NCBI GenBank assembly: GCA_963675745.2
Contig: CAXXWX010000006.1
Span: forward strand, 226,183 to 290,182
Length of the DNA: 64,000 nt
Direction of reading: 5' to 3'
From: Phycisphaerae bacterium
GTDB taxonomy: Bacteria > Planctomycetota > Phycisphaerae > UBA1845 > Fen-1342
In this document: positions 10,436-19,625 of the stretch, piece by piece
How the letters are laid out: each line of letters starts with the position of its first letter
Numbering within the stretch: position 1 is the stretch's first letter
Notes under the pieces: generated by a model
What the model was told of the DNA's origin: nothing
Databases searched by the model: none
What the model saw: only the letters and a program-made list of their open reading frames with translations
Position numbers and translations under genes: made by a program

Positions 10436-11110
10436 ATGCCCGGAACGGAGTCCGGCCGCGCGAAAGCCCCGCACACGGAGCAGGTTGTGAGTGACGGAAT
10501 GCTGATACTAGCGTCAGCCAGTCCCCAGCGGCGAATGCTGCTGGCGGAGCTGGGCGTTCCGTTCGAGGTGCGCCCCAGCGACCTGGCCGAGCCGACCCGC
10601 CGCGCCGCGCACGTGCCGCCCGTGAATTGGGCCGAGGCCCTGGCCTACTTCAAGGCCCGGGAGGGCGCGATGCGACAGCCGGGGAGTTGGGTGCTCGGCG
10701 CCGACACCGTGGTTGCTTGTGCAGGTGAGTTGCTGGGCAAGCCGGTGGACGAAGCCGACGCGCGACGCATGCTGCTGGCGCAGGCGGGTCGCCGTTGCGA
10801 CGTGATCACGGGGCTGGCTCTGGTGCGCTATGACGCTGAGGTGCTGCGGCATATTCGACACGCGATTACCCGCGTGTGGCTGCGCGATGATGCGGACGCC
10901 ATCGATGACTATCTGGCCGGGGGCGAATGGCGCGGTAAGGCCGGCGCATACGGCATTCAGGACGTCCATGACCGATTGATCGAACGGATCGACGGCAGCT
11001 TCTCAAACGTTGTCGGTTTGCCGGTCGGCTTGACTCGCGAGCTGCTGATCATGGCGGGATTTCGGCCTCTATCTCCCGGACGACCGACAGAACCCGTGCC
11101 CGCCGCGTGA
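10436..11110 (+). CDS. maf: Maf family nucleoside triphosphate pyrophosphatase
   Basis: LILASASPQRR, LGADTVV, LGKP, KAGAYGIQD, NVVGLP. Confidence 0.92.
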   Translation: MPGTESGRAKAPHTEQVVSDGMLILASASPQRRMLLAELGVPFEVRPSDLAEPTRRAAHVPPVNWAEALAYFKAREGAMRQPGSWVLGADTVVACAGELLGKPVDEADARRMLLAQAGRRCDVITGLALVRYDAEVLRHIRHAITRVWLRDDADAIDDYLAGGEWRGKAGAYGIQDVHDRLIERIDGSFSNVVGLPVGLTRELLIMAGFRPLSPGRPTEPVPAA

Positions 11111-11313
11111 TCGGACTTGGCGTGTCGGCATCGGGGGCGAAAGCGTGATAAGTTGTGGAATCACGGGCGGCCGGGGGATATAGTGTGTTTGCGCTGAATG
11201 CGCGGCGTTCGATCGTCGATACCAGTTTAGTGTCGAAGCTAATGCACGCGGTTATTAGCGGACCGCCTATGTGGGCCGTTGCTGTGCCGTAGTTACAGAA
11301 GGTAGTGATCCAT

Positions 11314-12207
11314 ATGGCTGGCAAGGCTGATCCGGGCCTGGGGGATTACCTGAAGCAGATCAAAGATTACGATTTGCTGACGGCGGAACAGGAACGCGAA
11401 CTGGGTACGAAGATTCGCGCCGCGGCGGAGTCGCGCGAAAAGCTCGCCAGCCGCGAAATCACGATCGAGGACTACAACCGGATCCAACGCGAGGCGGCTG
11501 ACGCGCGCAGTCAGATGATCACGGCGAACCTCAGGCTGGTGATCAGCGTCGCCAAGCACTTCCGCGACCGCGGGCTGCAAATGGAGGATCTGGTCAACGA
11601 GGGAAACGTCGGGCTGGTCAATGCCGTTGACCGCTTTGACCCGAGTGTCGGCTCGCGTTTCAGCACGTATGCGAGCTACTGGATTGACCAGGCGATTCGC
11701 CGGGCTATTCAGAGCGCCACGCAGATGATCCACATTCCCAGCTACCTGATGGAGCAGATCAGTCAGATGCGTCTGGCTATGCGCGAGCTGAGTGAGAAAC
11801 TGGGGCGTCATCCGTCGATGAAAGAGCTCGCCGACCACCTGGAGATTACGCCGCGCCGCGCGCAGGCAATCTCCAAAGCGATCAAGGCCTGCACCTGTCC
11901 GACCCAGGCCGGCAACCCTGACGATGAGATGTCGATCACCGATTCGTTGCCCGATACGCGCACGCCACAACCGTTTGAGACGATGTTCTCCGAGTCCGAT
12001 GCGGACTTCGTTAGCCAGATGCTGTCGCGCATCACGGAGCGCGAGGCAATGGTTCTCAAGCTGCGGTATGGACTGCGCAACAAGAAGGGCAAGCAGATGA
12101 CGCTCAAGGAGATCGGTGAGACGGTGGGGCTGACCCGCGAACGCGTGCGTCAGATTGAGAAGCAAGCCAAGAACAAGCTGGAAGAGTACGTCAAAGAGTA
12201 TCTCTAG
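11314..12207 (+). CDS. Sigma-70 family factor, RpoD/RpoS-like, lacking region 1.1
   Basis: YLKQI...LLTAEQE (1.2), ANLRLVISVAK, RFSTYASYWIDQAIRRA, TLKEIG...TRERVRQIE. Confidence 0.92.
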   Translation: MAGKADPGLGDYLKQIKDYDLLTAEQERELGTKIRAAAESREKLASREITIEDYNRIQREAADARSQMITANLRLVISVAKHFRDRGLQMEDLVNEGNVGLVNAVDRFDPSVGSRFSTYASYWIDQAIRRAIQSATQMIHIPSYLMEQISQMRLAMRELSEKLGRHPSMKELADHLEITPRRAQAISKAIKACTCPTQAGNPDDEMSITDSLPDTRTPQPFETMFSESDADFVSQMLSRITEREAMVLKLRYGLRNKKGKQMTLKEIGETVGLTRERVRQIEKQAKNKLEEYVKEYL

Positions 12208-12460
12208 CCGGACTGCGTGGATTCATAACGGCCGCCTGCGGGTAACATATGGCGGACACGCAATGTCGGTCTTGTGTGCAGCGGTTGCTGGCGGGCATTG
12301 CGACCCACCGCCGCGTGACTCTTGTATCCGGTTGTAACTGATCGCAGGCCAGCGACTGCCGGACATCTCCCGCATAACGAACTCCCCCGCGATACGAGCA
12401 ACGTGTGTGCGGGGTGGTATCAGTCCGGCCTGGTGCCGGCAGCGCGTAGCGTGCGGTTAA

Positions 12461-12472
12461 TGAACCGATTGC
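12461..12472. promoter_or_regulatory. Putative upstream LacI-type operator (TGAACCGATTGC)
   Basis: Matches palindromes at 12615 and 43071; AAnCGnTT core. Confidence 0.4.
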
Positions 12473-12609
12473 TTAACACGAGTTGACTCGCTGGTTGGAC
12501 GGCAGATCCCGCCGAAAATTCCGGCGGGCGCGCAGGCAGAGCCCGATAATGGCTAGCTTCGTGCACCATGAATCGCGTGGTTCACTTATCAGTTAGGTAA
12601 TTATCCGTA

Positions 12610-12639
12610 TTGAGTGAGCCGGTTCATTAAGGCTATCAT
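12610..12639 (+). promoter_or_regulatory. Putative sigma70 promoter TTGAGT-N18-TATCAT overlapped by operator TGAGCCGGTTCA (12615-12626)
   Basis: Near-consensus hexamers in an AT-rich patch; palindrome sits at the -35/spacer. Confidence 0.5.
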
Positions 12640-12658
12640 GTAGGGGCAGTACTCTTAG

Positions 12659-14246
12659 CCCGGATTATTCACGGTTGAGTTGAAAGAGCGGCCTTCGTGT
12701 GGTCTAACTGGTTTTGACCAAACAAGTTGGACCGAGCACGGAGGCCGCCGATGTTTGAACAGACTGAAGCTCAGTTGTTCTTCTCGTTTTTCGCCGATCG
12801 CAAGCTGATTGTCCAGCGTCACGCCGGACAAATTTCCTCGGACGCCGGGCTGTTGCCGATTCGGCAGTTGGACCAGCGGCTGCGTTTTACCGCGCGGCTG
12901 GTCGCCGGCCTGAGCGATGACCGTCACGAACCGCGGCACACGCAACTCGAGATGCTGCGGCAGCGGCTCTACGGGGTGCTGGCCGACTATGAGGACTGCA
13001 ATGATCACGACACGCTTCGCGACGATCCGATCTTCAAGATTGTTGCGGATCGGTTGCCCGAAGACGATCCGCTCGCCAGCCAGCCCACGCTATCGCGTTT
13101 CGAGAACGCCGTCACGATCGACACGCTGTGGCAAACGCTCGACTTCCTGGTCGCGACCGGGATCGAGCGGCTGCGGGAGAAGAACGAGGGCCAAATGCCC
13201 GATCGCCTCACGCTCGATCTCGACGCCACCGACGATCCGGCGCACGGGCAGCAGCAATTGGCGTTGTTCCACGGCTACTACGAGCAACACCAATACTTCC
13301 CGATCGTGATCAGCGAGCCGACCACGCAGCACGTGTTCTACGCCGCCCTGCGGCCGGGCAGTGTGCACGCCGCTCACGGTGCCGACGATGACCTGGAATT
13401 CGTGGTCGAGCGTCTGCACGCCGCCCGCGGCGACCTTGCGATTCACGTTCGCGGCGACAGCGGCTTCGGCGTGCCATCGATGTACAAAATCTGCGAGAAA
13501 AACCGACTGACGTACACGTTCGGCATCGGCGCCAACAAACGGCTGCAGGCCCTGGCCCAGCCGTTACTCGACCGAGCCGTCGCCGAATACGAACGCACCG
13601 GCGAGAAGCAACGCCTGTTCATGCACTTCAACTACCAGGCCGGCTCGTGGGATCGGCCACGCGCCGTGATCGCCAAGGCCGAGTGCCAGGCGGCCGGCAC
13701 GAACCTGCGTTTCGTGGTCACCAATCTACAGGTGAACTCCGACGCCGACGCGCAGCGTGTTTACGACGACTACATCCAGCGTGGTGCCAGCGAACAACGC
13801 TTCGATGAACTCAAGAACGGTCTGCACGCCGACCGGCTGAGTTGTCATCGCTTCGTGGCCAACTTCTGGCGTCTGCTGCTGCACACGGCGGCGTTCAACC
13901 TGTTGAACTGGTTGCGTGATGACGAGCAGGTGCCGGAGACGTTGCGTACCGCCCAGCCGGCCACGTGGCGGAGTCGCGTGATCAAAGTGGCGGCAACGGT
14001 CATCCAGTCGGCTCGGCGGGTGGTCGTGGCGATTGCTGGCCAGTGGCCACACTGGTCGACTCTTCACACCGTCGCCGTCCGCAGTGGTGCCATCCCCGCA
14101 GGCCCGTAACCCCGCCGACAACGTGTTTGCTCGTGGGGGTAAGGGGGAATTGCGCGCGTCCTGCATCCGAGAACGTCATCAGCCCCTTGCAAAACCGCGA
14201 CGAACAACAAAAACCCGAACGGCACCCTACCCGTGAATAATCCGGG
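12659..14246 (+). mobile_element. Complete IS1380-family insertion sequence (1588 bp)
   Basis: Perfect 16-bp terminal IRs CCCGGATTATTCACGG / CCGTGAATAATCCGGG; 4-bp TTAG direct repeats at 12655-12658 and 14247-14250; single transposase ORF. Confidence 0.95.
12751..14109 (+). CDS. IS1380 family DDE transposase
   Basis: ISSDAGLL, YEDCNDHDTLRDDP, LASQPTLSRFEN, LDLDATDD, VRGDSGF, YIQRGASEQRFDELK. Confidence 0.93.
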   Translation: MFEQTEAQLFFSFFADRKLIVQRHAGQISSDAGLLPIRQLDQRLRFTARLVAGLSDDRHEPRHTQLEMLRQRLYGVLADYEDCNDHDTLRDDPIFKIVADRLPEDDPLASQPTLSRFENAVTIDTLWQTLDFLVATGIERLREKNEGQMPDRLTLDLDATDDPAHGQQQLALFHGYYEQHQYFPIVISEPTTQHVFYAALRPGSVHAAHGADDDLEFVVERLHAARGDLAIHVRGDSGFGVPSMYKICEKNRLTYTFGIGANKRLQALAQPLLDRAVAEYERTGEKQRLFMHFNYQAGSWDRPRAVIAKAECQAAGTNLRFVVTNLQVNSDADAQRVYDDYIQRGASEQRFDELKNGLHADRLSCHRFVANFWRLLLHTAAFNLLNWLRDDEQVPETLRTAQPATWRSRVIKVAATVIQSARRVVVAIAGQWPHWSTLHTVAVRSGAIPAGP

Positions 14247-14351
14247 TTAGGCTGGCATCGATTGGCCGATCCAGTTCCCCGCATGGGCTGTTGCCCGCTA
14301 CCAAGCGGGCACGTACTGACAGGCATGTCTCACTTTAGGAGGTACGAAGGG

Positions 14352-14969
14352 ATGAAATATCTAATTGTCTTGTTTGCCATCTGTGCCGTGCCGCTGGCGA
14401 CGGCGGACTATCTGGACGAGGATCTGAACTCGACAAACGCAAACGTTTCATTTTCGGGCAATACCGGGTTTGCCGTCGACGACCAACTGGGCGTCGAAGT
14501 CGTCGAACGCTTCGGCGATTTTGCCGGCTGGGTATGGCCTGCCATGACGATCACGTTCCCGGATACCGTCATTGAGGCGGGCGCCTCGCTCGATCTCCAC
14601 GGACGTTATCACCAGGAAGAGTACACCTGGGACCACGACGCCGACCCGAACACGCCGGACTACACGCGCTATCCATACAGCGACGCGAATGTCTGGTTGA
14701 TCCTGAAGGGTCCCGGCGGCGACATCGATCTGGCCTGGGCCGACAACGACGGCTGGAAGCACATCGGCGACGTGTGGCGGAATGTGATCATGGATCTCAG
14801 CGCCCACGCTGGCGCAACCGTCAACGGTCTCGAGATTCGCAGCACCAACTGGCAGGCGCCGCTTCCCAACAACGACTTCTATCACTTCTCGAATGTCACG
14901 ATTACCCCCGAGCCGACCACGCTGGGTCTGTTCGGTCTCGGCCTGCTCGGCCTGTTGCGCCGCAGGTAG
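14352..14969 (+). CDS. PEP-CTERM sorting domain protein
   Basis: AGGAGG RBS, signal peptide MKYLIVLFAICAVPLATA, C-terminal TPEPTTLGLFGLGLLGLLRRR. Confidence 0.92.
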   Translation: MKYLIVLFAICAVPLATADYLDEDLNSTNANVSFSGNTGFAVDDQLGVEVVERFGDFAGWVWPAMTITFPDTVIEAGASLDLHGRYHQEEYTWDHDADPNTPDYTRYPYSDANVWLILKGPGGDIDLAWADNDGWKHIGDVWRNVIMDLSAHAGATVNGLEIRSTNWQAPLPNNDFYHFSNVTITPEPTTLGLFGLGLLGLLRRR

Positions 14970-15002
14970 AGGAACTGCCTTACAGTATCGGAATTGAAGA
15001 CG

Positions 15003-15044
15003 CGACGCGACCCGCGGCCAACCGCCGCGGGTCGCGTTGTCTTG
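15003..15044 (+). terminator. Strong hairpin, probable terminator between convergent genes
   Basis: CGACGCGACCCGCGGC-CAACC-GCCGCGGGTCGCGTTG followed by TCTTG. Confidence 0.6.
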
Positions 15045-15089
15045 TGGTGCGCCAGCGTTGCCCGTCTGAATCCGAACGCTTATTTGCGG

Positions 15090-17636
15090 TCAATTGTGCT
15101 TGCGCCCTGCTGACAGGATGATTGTTGAGGCGAGCTTGATTGCGGCGAGGAGGCAGGCCGTGGTCGTGATGCCGAAGACCGGTATCAGCAGGATTCCGCA
15201 GGTCAGCGCGCCCAGGCAGGCTCCGGCGTGGTCCGGGCCGACGATGCGCGCAGCTACGACGGCGGGATGCTGGTCCATGTTTCGCCGCAGGTGCCCCGCC
15301 AGCGCGAACGCGGCGCCGCCGAGCACGCCGGTTAGTAGCACCATGATTGAGATGCAGACCTCAACGAGCGCGAAACCGGGCGAGTCGGCATTGAATGCGC
15401 CGAGCGCCATCAGCAGTGGCGACGCCGTGAGGGCGAGGAGCGTTAGAAGCAGGTCGACCACGACTAGCGCATGCCATGATGAGGACCGGCGGGCAGGTGG
15501 TTCGGTGGTTGGTTCGGCGGGCTGGGGTGGGAGATTGTGGGTTTGCTCTACTTCCACGGCCGGCGAGGCGCCGGCCGCTACGTTTTGTGGCGCGGCGCCG
15601 CCTGCTGCATTCGGTGGCGACATGTCGGCTGGCACATTTCGTCGTCGGCCGGCCAGCGCGCAACCTATAACCAGGCCGGCCATGAACAGTGCGATTATCC
15701 AGCCGATGCGCTGATAGACATAGCCGTACAGACTCTGAAAGGCGAAAAGCCAGACCATGCTGAGGGCCATGGTCACAAAGCCGGTGGTGCCCACGGAAAG
15801 CGTGACCGCTCCGGCCGCCCATCCGTCACCCGCTCCGCGTCGCAGGCGCGTCAGCAGTAGCGTTGCGCCGCCGAGAAGAGCCAGTGCAACGGCGACGTGC
15901 CACAGGTGGATTGAGCGCAGGGCCGCAATCGGGCCGGCTGCACTGCGTCCCGGACCGCTGCCCCCACGGGTGATCGATTCCCACAGCACCAGTCGTTGCA
16001 GGTAGATCGCCGGGTGCAGGTCGGTACTGATTTGCACAAGGTCGGCGCGATCAAGATCAGCTCGGCGGCCAGCAATCTTGGATTCATCGAGCCAATCGGT
16101 GCCGCCCTCAAACCACAGCGGGTCAAACAACTCCGCCGCGACATGACGCCGAGTGTAGCGCGCTGCCAGCTCCGCCGGATCGGTGCTGAGCAGTTCCCGA
16201 TCGGTTGCGGCGAGAATCTGGGCCGGGTTGCCCCACCCGATCAGGATCTCGCGGAAATGTCGGGCCAGTGTAGCGCGCAGTCCGGCCAGGTAGTCCCGCG
16301 CCGCGGGTGAGAGCGCGCCCTCAGACGCCGTCGCATTTGTGCAAAACACGGCCCGGGCGGTCATGGCATTGCGCAACTCGGCGAAGAACTCGTCCGTGTA
16401 GAATCGCGCGCGCTGTGCCGACATCGGCTCGGGCAAGCGCGCGATGACGAGGTCGAATTGGGCGCGTTGCGTCTTGATGAAATGGCGCGCGTCGTCGTGG
16501 TGTACCGTGACGCGCGCATCGACGAGCGCCTGCCGGTCGCGGTCGGAAACATAGGGTCGCACCAGCTCGATGAAACGCGGGTCCAGCTCAACGTAGTCCA
16601 CGCGCTCAACCGGGTGCAGCAGAACCTCCGCCAACAGCCCCTCGACGCCTCCGCCGAGAATGAGCACGCGGCGTGGCAGGGGATGCTGACACATCCAGAA
16701 GTGCGCGCGGGGGGCGAATGTAAATGGATCGGGGAAGTCAGCGGCCACTTGCCCGTCACAATAAAGCGTGTATTGCCCGGCCCGGTGCCCGATGGCCAGA
16801 TTTTGATAGCGAGACTCGGCCTCGGCCACCAGCCTGTAGCCGGGGGCGAGCGTTTGCCAGCGGCGTTGCACCAGACGGTGGTCGAGCCGATCGCCGGCCA
16901 GCAGCGCCACGCCGGCGGCGCCGACCGCCAGGCCAATCAAGGCCCAACTCGGTGGCGATGCGTACCACGCGCGGCCCGGCGCGCGGCGTAATAGTACGGC
17001 GCACGACGCGGCCGTGATCGCTCCGCAGAGCAGGGCAATCTGAATCGGGCGCAAAGACTCGACCGCCCAGAAGCTGAAGGCCGCGCCGCCAATCAGGCTG
17101 CCGACACATTCCAGGGCGTAAACACGCGCAAACGAGAGCAGCGGTGTGCGCGGGGCACCGGGCGCTGCGCTGATCCCCCCCGTGTTGCACGCCAGTGGAA
17201 ACGCCATGCCGACCAGCATGCTGGTCGGCGAAACCAGGAGCATGGCCGCGAGTGCCGTGGTCGGCAACGATAGCAACTCGCCGGCCTCAACGCCGAGCCA
17301 CGCGCGGGCGCCCCGAAAGGCCCAGAGCTCGACACACGCGGCGGCACTCAGGGCCAGCAGTACGATCGCCAGGCAGGTTCCCGGCGCGCGCGTGCCGGCG
17401 CCTGTTCTGGCGATGCCCTCACCGATGTACGCACCGACCGCCACGCCCAGCAGCCAGGCGAACAGCACGATCCCCCAGGCGAGTTCGCTTCCGAACATCA
17501 GCACCAGGGCCTCGCGCAGCAATAGCGACTGGGTGACGATCGCCTGCGCCCCCCAGGCCACGACGACCACACTCAGTCCGAACCGGGAGGCGCGCTCGGA
17601 TCGAAGGGCTGCTGGCGTTGGCAGGTGCGCGCACAT
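15090..17636 (-). CDS. Membrane-fused spermidine synthase-like (MFS/aminopropyltransferase) protein
   Basis: GAAGGAG RBS; multiple TMs; ESRYQNL, RVLILGGGVEG, YVELDP, DDARHFI, FYTDEFF, STDLHP. Confidence 0.85.
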   Translation of the reverse strand: MCAHLPTPAALRSERASRFGLSVVVVAWGAQAIVTQSLLLREALVLMFGSELAWGIVLFAWLLGVAVGAYIGEGIARTGAGTRAPGTCLAIVLLALSAAACVELWAFRGARAWLGVEAGELLSLPTTALAAMLLVSPTSMLVGMAFPLACNTGGISAAPGAPRTPLLSFARVYALECVGSLIGGAAFSFWAVESLRPIQIALLCGAITAASCAVLLRRAPGRAWYASPPSWALIGLAVGAAGVALLAGDRLDHRLVQRRWQTLAPGYRLVAEAESRYQNLAIGHRAGQYTLYCDGQVAADFPDPFTFAPRAHFWMCQHPLPRRVLILGGGVEGLLAEVLLHPVERVDYVELDPRFIELVRPYVSDRDRQALVDARVTVHHDDARHFIKTQRAQFDLVIARLPEPMSAQRARFYTDEFFAELRNAMTARAVFCTNATASEGALSPAARDYLAGLRATLARHFREILIGWGNPAQILAATDRELLSTDPAELAARYTRRHVAAELFDPLWFEGGTDWLDESKIAGRRADLDRADLVQISTDLHPAIYLQRLVLWESITRGGSGPGRSAAGPIAALRSIHLWHVAVALALLGGATLLLTRLRRGAGDGWAAGAVTLSVGTTGFVTMALSMVWLFAFQSLYGYVYQRIGWIIALFMAGLVIGCALAGRRRNVPADMSPPNAAGGAAPQNVAAGASPAVEVEQTHNLPPQPAEPTTEPPARRSSSWHALVVVDLLLTLLALTASPLLMALGAFNADSPGFALVEVCISIMVLLTGVLGGAAFALAGHLRRNMDQHPAVVAARIVGPDHAGACLGALTCGILLIPVFGITTTACLLAAIKLASTIILSAGRKHN
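15556..15581. repeat. REP-like hairpin inside the coding sequence
   Basis: ACGGCCGGCGAGGCGCCGGCCGCTAC, same family as intergenic copies at 8659, 34778, 61486. Confidence 0.65.
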
Positions 17637-17749
17637 CCTGGTGCTCCTTCGTCCCGCGCGACAGATTGCGGGCTGCCGGCGTGGCGCGGTCGGGGCCACA
17701 TTCTGCCGCGGGGCGTGTATAGTATGACGAGCAACGGGAGTCGTGCGCC

Positions 17750-18400
17750 ATGCCACGTCTGTTTGCCAAGCAATACATGCGGCCGGTGACGGCGATCAGC
17801 CGTACTGAAAAGGCGGTAGGCGCCGGCATTCTGCTGCTGACGGCGACGATTGTGGCCGCGTTCTTCATCCACGTCGCGACCCGACGAGAAAGCCCGCTGA
17901 GCGCTGACCCGGAGATCTACGGCACCGGGGCCGAAGTTGACCAGACACCGGGATCCCCGCCGGCAGCAACAGCCGAACCGTCCGGCGGTTTCCCGGAATC
18001 AGGTCTGACCGATTGGCAACGACCGTCGCGGCTCGAGCGCTATGCACCCGATGAGCTGTACGTAAAGATCAACGGTCAGGCGGACGCGTATATCGAGAGT
18101 GGCTGTGTGGGATTGACGTTCGGAAGCTACAGCTCCCGGGCGAATGCCGAGGATGCCATCGACGTTTATTGGTACGACATGGGCACTGCGGCGAACGCGT
18201 CGGCGGTATACGAAGACGAGAAGCCGCCGAACGTCGCCGCGATCGAGCTGGGAGGCGCGGCGTACCAGGTTGGCAGCGCGGTGTTTTTCTGGCAAGGCTC
18301 GGGCTATGTGCAGGTAATGCCGACCAGCTTTGACGATTCGCAGGCCGGCGCGGCCCTGGCGATTGCCCGCCGCCTGGCCGATTCTCTCCCCGGTGAATAG
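17750..18400 (+). CDS. DUF6599-like membrane-anchored protein
   Basis: N-terminal TM; YAPDELYVKINGQADAY, VYWYDMGTAANA, FFWQGSGYV; typical neighbour of DUF362. Confidence 0.65.
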   Translation: MPRLFAKQYMRPVTAISRTEKAVGAGILLLTATIVAAFFIHVATRRESPLSADPEIYGTGAEVDQTPGSPPAATAEPSGGFPESGLTDWQRPSRLERYAPDELYVKINGQADAYIESGCVGLTFGSYSSRANAEDAIDVYWYDMGTAANASAVYEDEKPPNVAAIELGGAAYQVGSAVFFWQGSGYVQVMPTSFDDSQAGAALAIARRLADSLPGE

Positions 18401-18442
18401 CAACGTATCACGTGGCGCGACTGAGCGCGCCAGGCACAGGTC

Positions 18443-19542
18443 ATGACGGATAGGCGACTGACACGCAGGGAATATCTCAAACGTGGCGCCGGCGCGGTTT
18501 TAACCGCGGGGGTGGCCGCGGCGGGCGGGTATTTGCTGTGGGATCCCACCGGCGATGCGGGGCGCGCCGGCGCGGCCCAATCCACACCGCTCTGGCAACC
18601 GACGAACTACTTCGCTGATATTGAATTGCCGCCGTCAGCTCCGCGGATCAGCGTCGCAGTTGGTGATGGGCAGCAGATTGACCGGCTGGTTCGTGCGGCG
18701 CTTGAGGCATTGGATCCCGGGGCCGGGCTGGGTCGATTCATCAAAGCCGGCGACGTCGTGCTGCTGAAGCCGAACGTCGGCTTTGACCGGCCGTCGCAGT
18801 TGGGCGCCACAACGCATCCTGAGGTCGTGCGGTCGATGATTCGCTTGTGTCTGGAGGCCGGCGCGCGAGACGTACTGATCACGGATAACCCGATCGAGAC
18901 GCCGCAGGCCTGTTTCTCGCGCAGCGGAATCGCGCGTGTCGCCGATGAGGAGGGGGCGCGCGTGGTGCTGCCGACGGCGCAGCGATTCGAGACGCTGGTG
19001 CTGCGCGATCGTCCGGTTGACCGAGCGCGTGGAGAGGCGCTGGAACGCTGGCCCATCCTGCACGCTCCCCTCTCAGCCGCGACGAAGGTCATCGGCATCG
19101 CGCCGATCAAAGACCACAATCTGTGCAGCGCATCGATGAACCTGAAGAACTGGTATGGCCTGCTTGGCGGGCGCCGAAACCAGTTCCACCAGGTGATTCA
19201 TGAGATCATCAGCGACCTGGGCCTGATGATCAGCCCGACGCTGGTCGTTGCCGACGCAACGCGCGTGATGATGCGCAACGGTCCGACGGGAGGACGGATC
19301 ACCGACGTCCAACCGGGCGGGCAACTGGGCCGGCCGGCGATCATCGCGTCGGCTGACCCGGTGGCCTGCGACGCGTGGTGCTACGAAAACCTGTTGGGGC
19401 GTGATCCCGCCGGGTTGCGCTACCTCGATCTGGCCGGCGACAAAATCGCGGCGCACCGATCGCCGCCGGACAGCAACGGCTCGGCGAGCGTGATTGGCGC
19501 GTATACGATCGCGCCGGGCTCGTTGTAACGACACGTGTGTAG
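18443..19542 (+). CDS. DUF362 domain protein with Tat-like leader; apparent frameshift near 19455 (ORF as read stops at 19528)
   Basis: LTRREYLK leader; GDVVLLKPNVGFDR, TTHPEVV, KDHNL, LKNWYG, SADPVACDA; another frame continues QRLGERDW...RV* to 19542. Confidence 0.8.
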
Positions 19543-19625
19543 AGGCCGACTCCCGAGCCGGCCGTGGCACTCAGGTGAACCCTCGTCGGGCGTGGAGGCC
19601 CGACGCCCCAGCGGAAGAGGCACTG

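Noticed and set aside
12498..12560. c-di-GMP-I riboswitch resemblance (GGCAGA..stem..GAAA)
   Set aside because: No GGCAAA, no true GNRA tetraloop and no GCAAAGC or P3 consensus.
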